Shown here piece by piece: positions 24,791-36,927 of a stretch of DNA of 64,000 nt (the stretch's first letter is position 1; each line of letters starts with the position of its first letter). The notes under the pieces were generated by a model. That model was given only the letters and a program-made list of their open reading frames with translations, did no database searches and was not told where the DNA came from. This DNA comes from Podarcis cretensis (lineage: Eukaryota), in assembly GCA_951804945.1 (NCBI GenBank), contig OX638152.1, positions 105,338,001 to 105,402,000 on the forward strand, written 5' to 3'. A program made the position numbers and the translations under genes.

Positions 24791-27700
24791 CTCTGCTTAG
24801 AGCATTGGGAGTGACTCCTTGGTCCACCTTCATTCTGCTTCTTTGGGTTATTGATTCCATGCCTTGAGAATAGCCTGGCAGTCAATGGCTGAGGGCACTT
24901 CTCTCCCTTTTGCATAGGAAGAAGATGCAATACTGATAAAGTCTGCAGTCAGTAAATCATGGGAGGCTTAACACATCAGCCTGCGTATAGCCTGCGTTAG
25001 CAAAAGGCAACGTAAATTATTTAAAATTAAATATGTAAATATATTTTGCTGCCACTCTGAAATATTGCTCTAATTTGGCTCAGACATATGTTGTGGGATT
25101 AAAAAGAAAGAAACTGTGGGCTGTTCTGGTGGGTTGTGGATTGCCTCTCTGAATAGAGGCTTTCAATCAAAATATTTAGACCATTCCACGCTGTGAGTGC
25201 TGCTGACTCACTGGTGCCATCCGACAGCTTGGCAAGGAGGCGTCACAGCTGAGCTGTCGGGTGAGCTCCAAAGCAGAGTCCTGTGCAAGGATGACCAAGA
25301 GTCACCCCAGAGAAGAAGAGCCCAGGCGGGATCTCCAGCTTCTGCTTCCAAAAATTCTGCTACCTGGGCAGGGCTAGGCATGGGAGTCAAAAAGTCCCTG
25401 GTTCAAATCTTGTTGCGTCATGAACTTGCTAGTTGGCCTTGGGGAAGCCATTCTTCATCACCTGCCTACCCCCACCCCCATCTGCAGAAGGAGTAAACTC
25501 TGAATTACCAGTGATGGAAAAGTTCAGTTTCATCTCCTGTGGCTTGAATACACAGAATGAGGAGTTGTTGTTTTTTATCTCACATGTGCTAATGTGATTA
25601 CTAATTAACTGAGCAGCAACATTGCTTTGTGAATGGTCACCATTCAGCTGTAATGTGATTGTCACTCTCTGTGTTTTGTGCATGTCTATCTTGAACTGTT
25701 TACAGTCCAACCTTCACATCTCACCCCCCCCCAAACCATGTTTCTGTCTACCTGCAATTTGGGCTACAATTTCCTGGACTCTTCTCCATGAAAGCTTATG
25801 TTATAAGAAGAGAGCTGGTCTTTAACATGCTGCAAGACTCCTCTTATTTTAACCCACCTTAGAGGAGGTTTTAAGTGCACTCTGCTTTAGGGAGTTTATT
25901 TAAAAAAGCCTGGTGACCTTTATATTTTCCATCTGATCTGGAGACTCCTCAAACCCAGTCCAGTGGTGTAAGGCTTTTGAAAATTCAATCTGGCTTTAAG
26001 TGGCCTGGGATATGGTGAAATCATTTGTATACTGTGAGTTCAAGCCCTTGGGGTGGTGCTGGCCATAGCAAGCCAACCCTTCCAATGTTCTGATGATCAG
26101 CTGAGAGACAAGAGTGGGACACCCAATGGCGACAGCCTTTCTCGCGCCTGGGAGAATTTCAGTGAGTGTGCACATTATCTGACCGACAAGCAGATGCTTC
26201 TGGCCAAAGTGCTGACACCATGCAAAACATGCAATAGCAGCTGAGTGATTTATGATTACTCCAGCTTTTCAGCAAGTGCTGAATTTGGACTCATAATGGG
26301 AGTATCAGAACCAACTTCAAATCATTTGAATATATTAACAAAAACCCTGTGATGTGAAAATCAGGACGAAAAGTCCTGTCTTGGTAAAGATTAATGAAAG
26401 TTTTGCCACCAACTTCAAAGGAACTGTAATTTCCCCATTAACTTTTAACATTTGCAATGCATCTGTTGCCATCTTATGTTGAGACAAATAGCAGGTGTCA
26501 ATTAGAAAAGAAACAATAGATTATGTAACCAATTACTTTCACTTTCCAGACAACAGTTTGCAATCAGAGGGATGTGTGATAAGGTTTAATCAAAGATTAG
26601 AACTTTTTAATTAAATAGGGCCTTTTGTGGCTAGTCGTTTGACATTAATTACTGTTTTAATTTGATGCATTTTGATTTGTAAGAGGCCTGAGTACAACAA
26701 AAGAGAAAAATGCATCATAGAAAGTGTTGATTATTAAAGTGGAGATAGAAACTTTTTTGTCATGTAGTTCCCACCTTTCTAAAAAGCAAATGTTATTTCA
26801 AATGCGAGGTGGCTGTGTTAGATAATCAGAGCAGTGAGCTTTTAAAGCTACATAGCAGATGGCTCTTGGAGCTGAGAACTACACAAAGACTTAATTGTCA
26901 TGACTGAAGATCTTATCAATCAATGTTGCATAAAAACTTTCAGGGGGCAAAATGTTGGCATGAGTTACATTTGGCGTTTTAACTAGATGTCTACCAATTG
27001 GGCATCTTAAAGCTAACTAACACCACCAGCATTAATAGAGGTCATCAATCAAAACGAAATGCCAAAGCCGGAAACTTTGGGAGAGATTTTCATTTGTTGG
27101 CCCACAGAGAGGCAGATAAATGTTAACAGCATTCTTGTGATAACTTTAAATTCAGGTCCAGGGATGGTGCTGGCAGCAGCTTTTGCAAGCCACTCTTCTG
27201 CAAAACCTTCCTTTCCATTTCCTCCAGTTATTCCGTATAATGTGGTGCTTCTATGGACAATGAACTTCCCCTCCCCTCTCAGAATTGACAGCAGAATGGA
27301 AAGGGGGGGGGGAGGAAAAAGGACAGAGAGAGCAGCAGTTATCATTTTCTCATGGAGGATGTGAGGGTGATATATACAGAGGCACAAAAGTACCCCTCTC
27401 AGGAGAGAGTGGTGGGAGGGAGAGAAAATGAGAGAGATTCCTGATTTCCTTGGAGGGAAGATAGAATCTAGCTTCAACCTAACAGACAGATACATATCCT
27501 CCAACTCCTCAAAAATGAAAATAAGAAGAGTTGTGTGCTGGTTTTTTGTTTGTTTCTTCTGATGATAATTATTTGGCTGATGGAAACTTGTGCTCTGTTA
27601 AAGCCTGTCCTTCAGTCTTTTTCCCCTGAGAAAGAGTCTTCTGTTTTTCTGCCTGATTCTTGCGGTACTTTGGAATTTCTTTGGAATTACTGAGGAAATG

Positions 27701-28007
27701 GGATTGAGCTTACTTTTTATCATTGTGATGTAGCCACTGGTGGTGTACATGTGTGTTTTCTTTCTGTTAAAGGTCTGTCCAGCATTCTGCAGCCTTATTA
27801 ACTGCCTGGACCTTTTGAACAGAGAAACCCCCATGGATGGTGTTCCCTGAGCTCTCACTGCAGTGTAGGAAGTTCCCTACTAAATGTCTGAAATTGATGT
27901 GTTCCCTGATTTTGTTTTTAAAGGAACTGATTCCTTTTACGTTTTTTTCTAAAAAAAATAAATAAAATAAAAGGAGTTCTACATTGATTTATTCAAAAGG
28001 AGAAATA

Positions 28008-28786
28008 CAAGGTGTGACCGGAAAGTTCGGTGAATGGTCACGGAAATCGGACAGTGAGAAATATTTGAATATACATGCCTTACAGACCTTCAAAGTAGGC
28101 CCCCTCTGATACAATGCAACTTTGACAAGGTTCGTAGAACTGTTGGAAACTTTTGGAGAAGTCCTCTTTCATACTGCTTTCAGCTCCCTCATCACAGCAG
28201 CTTGGACGTGCGAAATGTTGGAAAATCTGTGCCCTTTCAGTGCTGATTTCAGTTTGGAAAAAGAAAGAAATCTGGTGGGGTCAGATTGGGAGAATATGGA
28301 GGGTGGGACAATTCAGTAACCTTAGTAATTATTGCATGTGGAATATGCAATTCTTCCGCCATCATTCAGACGGACAAACACTAATCCCGCATCAATAACT
28401 CATGAACTCTGTTGACATTTGCCACCATTCTGCCCATTGACAGTCTGCCAGAGCAAGGGTCATCTTCGATGGTTTGCCACCCTTCATGGAAACGCTTAAA
28501 CCACTCACACACTGTCTTTTGAGTTACAGCTTCATCTCTGTACACAATTGTGAGCATTTTGAGGGTTTCTGATGCCGATTTACCCTATTTGAAACAGAAT
28601 TTCATATTGATCCTCTGCTCCATTTTCAACCACAACGCACTGCACTATCAACAGCTACTAAACGCTACTGCATGAATGTAGGCCTGTCAACACATGCTGA
28701 GACATGTGCGCATATGTTAGCTGAAATCCGGCAGTTCCCATTATCACATACAGGGGTGATTTGCCCTACCTTCCAGTCCTACCTTG
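28008..28786 (-). mobile_element. Internally deleted mariner (Tc1/mariner) DNA transposon with transposase pseudogene
   Basis: Minus strand from 28623 reads MEQRINMKFCFK*GKSASETLKML..VY.DEA...KTVCEWFKRF.EG..TIEDDP.SGR (mariner HTH region), then jumps to HPPYSPNLTPPDFFLFSKLK..LKGHRF...CIVSEGAYFEGL* (YSPDLAPxD-like motif). TIRs at 28006-28035 and 28759-28788 match at 22/30 including the flanking TA. Confidence 0.88.
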
Positions 28787-29139
28787 TATTTCACTGAAAG
28801 AAATGACATTGAACAGCTGTCAGGTACCCAGTGAGAAGTTTCCTATACTTAGCAGGAAAGCCCCACGGAGGGTCCATGATAATTCTAGGAAAGGAAAGCA
28901 GCACAGAAGACTGCAGAGTGAGGATGTGTACAATGGTGGAAAGAGCATTCACAAACACAAAATACTCCTAGGCTACCTTGAGAGGTAAACATGAAGCCTT
29001 GATAATTCTTTTCCTAAAATGTTTTCTTCCATTTAACAATCTTCATGTAATTTTATATTGTCATTAATAGATGGGAAATGGTTTTTAAAATGAGAGAAAT
29101 TTTGCTTCCAATTCTGAGTAGCCCCTCAGCTGTAATGCA

Positions 29140-29505
29140 CAGGTGAGGAGGGCCATAGCTCAGGGTTAAATCCCATGCCTTGCATGCAGGTTAGATCCAG
29201 GTTAAATCCTGGCATCTCCAGCACCTACTAATAATAGCAGGCTGCTTTATACTAAAACAGACTTCAGCACTGCTTGTTGTGACAGGCAGTGGTTCTCCAG
29301 GTTTTTGTGTTGTTGTTTTTACCAGCCCTACTGGGGAAGCCAAGAACCAAACCTGGGATATTCTGCATATAAATCATGTGCTCTACTACTCTACTGAGCT
29401 ATGGCTCACCTGCTGCCTCCAGGTAGGGCTGGAACAGACTACTTTTTGAAAACCTAGCAAGTCACTTCCCCCCTTATGCTAGATGGGCCAGTGGCTGGAC
29501 TCCTC
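29140..29505. mobile_element. Degraded tRNA-derived SINE fragments in both orientations (Squam2-like)
   Basis: gggccatagctcag...tgcatgcagg...aaatcctggcatctccag on +; ccagccctac...aacctgggatattctgcat...ctgagctatggc is a similar head on the minus strand. Confidence 0.45.
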
Positions 29506-31969
29506 TCTGCCTGTTGAAAGTGGTTTTCCTCACTCTGCAATACAGTGTGTTCTTTTGCCTTCTGAAGCATGGTGTGTTAGGGCAGCCCCATACTTTACAC
29601 AACAGCGGTGTTTGCCATGGGTACACTAGTGTTTTTCCAAGAAAGAGCATAAAGTAAGAGTGGCAGCTGGGTGCCCCAAAGCACCTGGTTGCTTGGCACA
29701 CACCTGGGAGCCCTAGTCCAATCAAAGCTCTCAGGCACATGGGCACAGGTGTTGAAGAAAACACATCTGTTGTTGACATAGTTTATGCATTTGGTGTGAG
29801 AGATACTGATACCTGGAGTAAGTACAACTGCCACATAAAACGCACAACTGCTCCAAATAAATATACCAGAACAATTTCCTTAAAACAAAAAAGTTTTACT
29901 TGACAGAATGCTTGGAAAATTCAGCTTTCATTTTGCAGCTGGAGATGGGATGTGAATTAGGAAGTGAGATATATGAGTTGAAGACAGATCTAACCCTTAT
30001 TTGTTCTTCCACTTAATTTGCACAATGAGTTTATTGGCTGGAAGGATTTATATTAGGAACCTTCATAACCAATGCAAAGTTTAGAAGGAATTTTTGATTT
30101 CTTGAGTACCTTTATTCTCAAGCAATTTATAGGTTGGAATTTGGATTGTTTTAAGCACATTTCCTTTAAAGGGACTAAAGTCATCTTTGTTGGATCTCTT
30201 GGACATCAATTGTAATGGTGGATCAACCTGTATAAGCTGTATCAATATTCTTGAAAGATAAAACTGTGACGAGAGATAGAGAGAGAGAGAAGAAAATAGA
30301 ATTCAAATCAATACTTTTTAAAGCTAAAGTACTTAAAACATCACTCATGAATATTTGTAAAATACTATTTTTTTGGGGGGGGGGGAATACGCACTGCAGG
30401 GATCTCAAAAATAATACTATTTTGTATTCGATACACCTGCTATTTCTCTAAGAAAGCCTATCAGTTAAAATGATGAATTTTAACCTTTCCAATTCTTCCA
30501 GGGAACATCCAATTTATATTCTTCAAGCTCTGTGCTACTAGTTTGCCATACTGATGCAAAAATTATTGTTTTTGCAATATTTATAAAGATCTAGTTACAG
30601 TTTTTCAAGGGCATAGATTACATTTCCTCTGGATTTGACTGATCAAGTATAATTAAAGGGGGAAAGAACTGCTTAGGCTCTCATGATATGAGTGCATGTT
30701 ATAGTACATTAAAGCCACCACTATAGGTTTCCTATTAATTCAGCTCTTGTGGTCAATATAAAGCACAAAAATTGCATCATCACAGAATGCAGGAGGATTA
30801 TGGACATGAATTTCAATGGATCCAAACTTCTGTGAAAAAATTATAATTTTTTGTCCATTTTAGACATGTATTATTAAAAGCTATAATTCCACAGGCATAT
30901 GACAGAATACGAGACCTTTAGCGGAATCAATAGTTATAATACAAAATTTGAAATATAACAGTTAGACAGGTTTAAGAACAGCAGGTCCTGTTGGTAATAA
31001 TATAATAAATATAAGTGTTAAGAGGTGCTTATTTATATTATTCTTCATGATACTTACCTTTGATTATATACTTTGTAGTAACATTAAACCCCAGTCTTAT
31101 TCACAGCTACTTGAAAGTACCATTGAAGAAAATGGGACTTTCTTCTGAGTGTACCTATAAGGAATATGTCTGCACACTCTCACATTATTGTTACTGTAGA
31201 ACTCTTAAAACACAATTTCACTGAAATTTAGCATATTGGCTTTTATGGATTATCCCAACACACCATATTTCATACTGGAAAATATTTGCAGCTGCCCTAT
31301 CACCCTACCCATGCCTGGATTTGACAGTTATTCAAATATATATGCCCCTTTTATCTGTGCTTAACACCCCCCATTTGTTGTTTCAGCATCACTCTCTGTT
31401 CTCTGCTTCAAATGGGGTTCTGAGCTGCTCTGTATTCCCCATTCAGTGTAATGGGAAATGTAACTATGGCTATAATATTTCCCCCTCTTGGTCAAAGTGG
31501 ATTAAATTTACAGGCACAGGAACCCTTCCTGAAGCCTGCTGAATTTCGGGCAAATAGGTCCTAAGACTTTATGTGGGAGAAGTAAAAGAGATTCACTTTC
31601 TTCCATAATATTTTATGAACGGATTTGTCTCTTGCTCTGTCTTAGCTTAAAATAATTAATAGGGGGCTTGGGTGCGGTATATTTTTGCTTGTGCATTTTT
31701 ATAAGCTTTGTAGCTTTTCACTGGCCTTTTCTTACAAAGGAGGCTTTCCAAAATGTTGCCTGGGGAGTCCTGAAGGGTTCGGAGGGCTTTGTCACTGTTG
31801 TTGCAGAGCAACAGGGGATTAAAACATTCAGCAACCTTAAATGAAACTTCTATCTATGAAAGAAAACAACTTCCACTACAGTGCTTTAACAGAACAAAAC
31901 AAAAAACAAAAACAGACCTTGTTCTTTGTGCTCCACAACCAAGGTTTTAAACAGTATTACTTATTGTGA

Positions 31970-32391
31970 TGTATGGAAGTGAGAGCTGGACCATAAAGAA
32001 GGCTGATGGCCGAAGAATTGATGCTTTTGAATTATGGTGCTGGAGGAGACTCTTGAGAGTCCCATGGACTGCAAGAAGATCAAACCTCTCCATTCTGAAG
32101 GAAATCAGCCCTGAGTGCTCACTGGAAGGACTGATTGTGAAGCTGAGGCTCCAAGAGTTTGGCCACCTCATGAGAAGAGAAGACTCCCTGGAAAAGACCC
32201 TGATGCTGGGAAAGATGGAGGGCACAAGGAGAAAGGGACGACAGAGGATGAGATGGTTGGACAGTGTTCTCGAAGCTACCAGCATGAGTTTGACCAAACT
32301 GCGGGAGGCAGTGGAAGACAGGAGTGCCTGGCGTGCTCTGGTCCATGGGGTCATGAAGAGTCGGACACGACTAAACGACTAAACAACAACA
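31970..32391 (+). mobile_element. RTE-BovB LINE, 5'-truncated
   Basis: Encodes MYGSESWTIKKAD.RRIDAFELWCWRRLLRVPWTARRSN...EDSLEKTLMLGK...GRQRMRWLD...KSRTRLND, with a (CAA)n tail and TSD acttattgtga at 31959-31969 and 32392-32402. Confidence 0.95.
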
Positions 32392-34784
32392 ACTTATTGT
32401 GAAGCTCTTAGACCTAGATAAACATAGAGCTAAAGCAGAGTATAGAGCTATAAGAGGCATAAATTCTAGAACAACATGAGGCTCAGTGTTGGGTGGGTGG
32501 CTGATCTGACTCAGGTGGTTTACTGACATCATGCATTACCTTGAGAAGGGGAAAAGGACTCAGATCACCCCAGATCGCATTAGTCAGCGCACATGTACAA
32601 ACACACATGCTGATGCTTTTATGTCAATTCTGTGAGTTGGCTGAAATTTTTGCTGGGCTAAAGGGAATAAACTTATGCATCCTCTCCCCAGTTCTTGCTG
32701 CAAATATTTTCTTACCTATGAAAATGTGAGACATATCACTGGTATTGCAAGAAAGAGCGAAGAGTAGACAGTTAAGATGAGGATTTCAGGGTTCGCTAGT
32801 CACCCAGGGATCTCTGCTCTGTGAAAAATACAAACAGCCTTAGAAACAGCCCTCTCTTCCTTCTTCTGGAGTAACCAATGCTCCTGTCTCACTTACGTGC
32901 CTCTGACAGCTGCCATTTTTTGTTCGGTTTATAATGTGGGGAACGGGTGGAATGCTCAGCATGTCTTCAATACAGATTTGCCTGACAGTGTTTGAGAAGT
33001 TAAGATCAAGCACCGTCATTCTGGCGAGCTTTGTGGTGCTGCTGCTGCTGTTTTTATTTTGCAAAGGGCAGTTTTTCAACAAGACCTGTTTTTCTGCAAA
33101 CCTGTGTCATGGGAGATGTTTCCACCCTAATATCTGCAGCTCATCTGCTGAGTACACTGGAAAGATTCATTTTACGTTACATGATACCAAATACTATTGT
33201 AAATTTTCTGACACTGTTAAATACTAAATATTAGTGCATGCCAACTGTTAAATATTGTCAGCTGCTGGCTGGTTGTCCTTTGTAAAGGTAAGCTGCAAAT
33301 AGTTTATGATCAGTTGCTGTTTTATTAATGGCAACTAATAATAACAGCTGTTTTCCCGACAGTGATATCTGGAACATGACGTTCACCAAAGCTTGGAGAA
33401 GGTGGCAGCTGAGAGGAGGGGGCAGTGAAATAGCAAAAAGTAGTAATCCAAATGTGAATGGACAGTCAGAAGCATTTTTCAGTATTCATTTCATTGATAG
33501 TGAAAATGCATGGGGGTTAGTACCTCTCCCTGTGTTACAAATGGCTTAGGCTTTCTTACCAACAAGTGGTATACAATTTTTGTAAATTAGAATGATGGAT
33601 ATTCAGCTGAAGAAAGCCCACATGCATACAGTTAGGTGTGTATAGGATCTCTTCTGATGCTATACACACATGGATGCTTGAAAGGGACTTCAAAGTCTTC
33701 AATGTCTTGTTGGGGTGCAGCCTTGAAATGAGTTTTTTGTGGGTGTGATGTCTGCTCTTAGGAACTGGCCTGCTTCCAGTAGGTTCTGCTTGCTTTTCTG
33801 TAAGTAAAGCAAATATTATAAAGACATGGAAATTCTCCACTGGGATCTCATACGAAGGAAGTCCTCGTTGCTTAAGGAAGTAGGGTATGAACAATGATAC
33901 AAACAAACACTTAATATCATTACATTTCTAGAACATGCTCTCATATTAGATGTCAATTGTAGATGCCAGATCTTGAATATTTGGCGAAAACCCACATAAT
34001 TGGCAAATATTTGGCACTTAACTCCAAAGGATGGTTTTCAGGGTTTTGAATTTGTGAATCATGTTCATTTCAGCTCTGGAAGTGCAAGTCAACATAAATA
34101 AGCCTGCTGGCTTTAAATAAGGTTTTAATTTGTGCTAAAAATAACGTTATGAAAAAGCTGGGAAGTGTTTTGACAATTCTTTATGAGAATTAAGGCTGCG
34201 TGGGGCACATTCTTCTGTAAAACACATAGCTTAAAGGAAAAGAAAACACAAGTCAACAGAAATTATTTGTGGACTAAACATTGTGACGTATGCTTGCTGC
34301 TGAAGCACAGATTTCACAATTCAATCCTAATCTAGATATCTGATGTCTTGAATGGAATTTAGAAGAGATTTGAGGTTCTGGCAATCAGAACCTCAGAAAG
34401 ATATGAGGTCTTTCCTGTGCAAAGACCTCAGTTGTCATCTGAGGCTGATGACACTGGGTGCAACACAAGCATCCTTTAAGCTGGACTGTTGGGGGAAAGT
34501 GACTGAGTGGGCGCATCACTCCTCTTGCTTCTGCCAGCTCAGCTGGCCTCCCACTTGCCACTGAACATGCAGGCAAGCGGTAGCTCCACTGGTGGTATCT
34601 CTACTGTGGAAAGCCCCAAAAGGTGGTGTTACAAGAACAGGGCTGAGGCAACACAGTATCTGCTGAATCCTGTGCTGATCTTACAGTCAGCATTGAGCCA
34701 GCTCCTCACCATTTGCCTGGTCCAAACTTTTTGCCACTGCTGCCGTAAGTGGCAGGGCTGTGGATGTGGCAGAAGGTCCACCAA

Positions 34785-35940
34785 TGTTGTGGATTGGATG
34801 GACACAGAGGAGTGGTGGGAGGAACCAGCTGGGGAATCCTCAAGGGAAGAAGGCTCAGAGCCAAGGGAGTGGTAGTGGGACAATGATGAATGGTCAGAGG
34901 GAGAAGAGGCAGAAGATGAGGAAGAGCAGGTGTCAGAACCTGAAGAGCTAACAGGGCTTAATGAGCAGGGAGAGTCTGTGCAGAAGCAGAAGCTTCAGAG
35001 GCAGTGGGAGGAGGGCAGTTGAGAAGCAGAGATAAGGCAGGCTGGTGGAGAGTCATGGGAGCCTCCTCCTTCTGCTGCAGCAAACTCCCCCCCCCCCCCG
35101 CCTTCCAGAACCAGGAGAGGCATGAAATGGGAGGAGCAAAGACAAGCTGCACACAGGTACAGTCACTGACTGCTTGCAAGAAGCCCTGGAGAGGAGGAGA
35201 CATAGATGGCTGTGGACTTTTAGACTTGGCAACTGATTTCATGAAGCATATTATGGACTGGTTTGATACAGAGAAGTGGTGGGAGGCAACAGCTGGGGAA
35301 CCCCCAAGGGAAGAAGTGGTGGTGGGATGACGATGAGTGGTCAGAGGGAGACTGGGAGGAAGAGGTGTTGGAAGCTGAAGAGTAGGGCTGGGCAATACCT
35401 GGTTTTCAACATTGTGATATATTAGCAGCTAAATACTGTGATATTCAGATATATCACGATGTCTGAAATGCATCTAGGCTGCTTCTTCCTCCCCACCTTA
35501 GTGGAAGAAAAAACAGTCAAAATACATCACCAAGCCCTACATGAGCAAACCCCAATGCCTCTCTGGTTCTTCGTTAACTGCTCAGCTGGGGGTTGGGAAG
35601 CCTCCCACCCCTCAGCTGAGCCAGCCCCCATAATGCTCCGGCTTGCACAAAGGCACAGGCAGGCAGAGCCCAAGAATGTGCTCTCCCAGAACCTTCTCAG
35701 GTTCTGCCTGGCTGTGCTTTTGCCGTCTGCAGGCAATCTGAGTTTGAAGGTTGTACTGCCAGCTCAAATTGACTGAAATCAGTATCACGATCTGAACACC
35801 ATACTGGTTTCAGGCAATTTACCAATCTATCACCCAGCTCTACTGAAGAGGTAACAGGTTGTAGTGAGCAGGAAAAGGCTCTGTCACCAGAGACTGGAGA
35901 GGAAGGGGGCCAAGAGGCAGAGGTGTTATAATGGGCCACA
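34785..35940 (+). repeat. Two diverged tandem copies of a purine-rich, possibly LTR-like repeat (starts ~34785 and ~35249); the second is split by a MITE
   Basis: tggattggatggacacagaggagtggtgggaggaaccagctggggaatcctcaagggaagaag vs tggactggtttgatacagagaagtggtgggaggcaacagctggggaacccccaagggaagaag. The element class is inferred only. Confidence 0.6.
35383..35842. mobile_element. hAT-type MITE, 460 bp
   Basis: TIRs TAGGGCTGGGCAATA / TATCACCCAGCTCTA and a perfect 8-bp TSD ctgaagag at 35375-35382 and 35843-35850. Confidence 0.88.
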
Positions 35941-36927
35941 ACCCAAGGACCAAATCTGTGGAATAGTAGCTTGACATCCTTTTTAGACCATTTAGGGAAA
36001 GAAAAGCTGACTTTGGGAGAGTGACCTGGAACAGAGAAACGGCATGGGAGGGAAAATTCAGCCTATTTTCCTCCTGTGAAGTTTCAAAAGAAAGTTGTTT
36101 TTTATTTTATGTATTTGAAGAATTTACACCGCACCTTTACATCATTCAGTGGCCAAAATGACTTAAACAAAATAATGAAAACATCAGTTAATACAAGCCA
36201 AAAATACAGTATGACCAAACACATCCAAAACTAGGTTAGAAAAGCAGATCAGCTAACAAGCAGTGACAATTAGGAAAACACCAAAAGACAAAATAAAAGT
36301 TTTACTTGCCATCTAAATGGGCGCAGAGACAGTAAACTGCTTTGCTTGTTAACACCACCAATAAGCCAAATTGTGTTTTTTTATTTATTTTAAAAATAGT
36401 CATATTTTGGTTTCTGTTAAAAATCTTCCTTATTATCCTTCTCAACATACTTCATGCACCTTTTCACTACAGCCTGAATGGTGCTGAAGTCACACAAATT
36501 TACTTATTTATTGGGGGCAGTGAGTGGTGGAGGAGCTTAAATATATCAAATGTTCTGAGCTTAAAGGACAGAAAAGATTTGCTTTGAATGAAGCCAAAGT
36601 TACTTTTAATGAAGTTTAATGAAGTTCAAAGGCAGATCCTGGAACAGTCTTTGAAACTCAAGTTTCAGTCCTTGAATAAAACCAATCTCACATTTTAGAA
36701 CATGCGCAGATAGTTTCCCAAAGCTGAAGTGTTGGTCCAAATACAGAGCAGTGATGAGAGAATAAGGGAGAGAATGTCTGTCCAGGGGATGGAGGGACAA
36801 AGACAAAGAGAAATGGCTGTTGCTGCCAGAGGTCCTTTAACCAGGAACTTCACCATCTGAGGCTGGGGAAAAGAACAGGGTCTTTTGACTTTCCAATTGA
36901 ACTCAACATGAACCTCACGGTTTCTTT

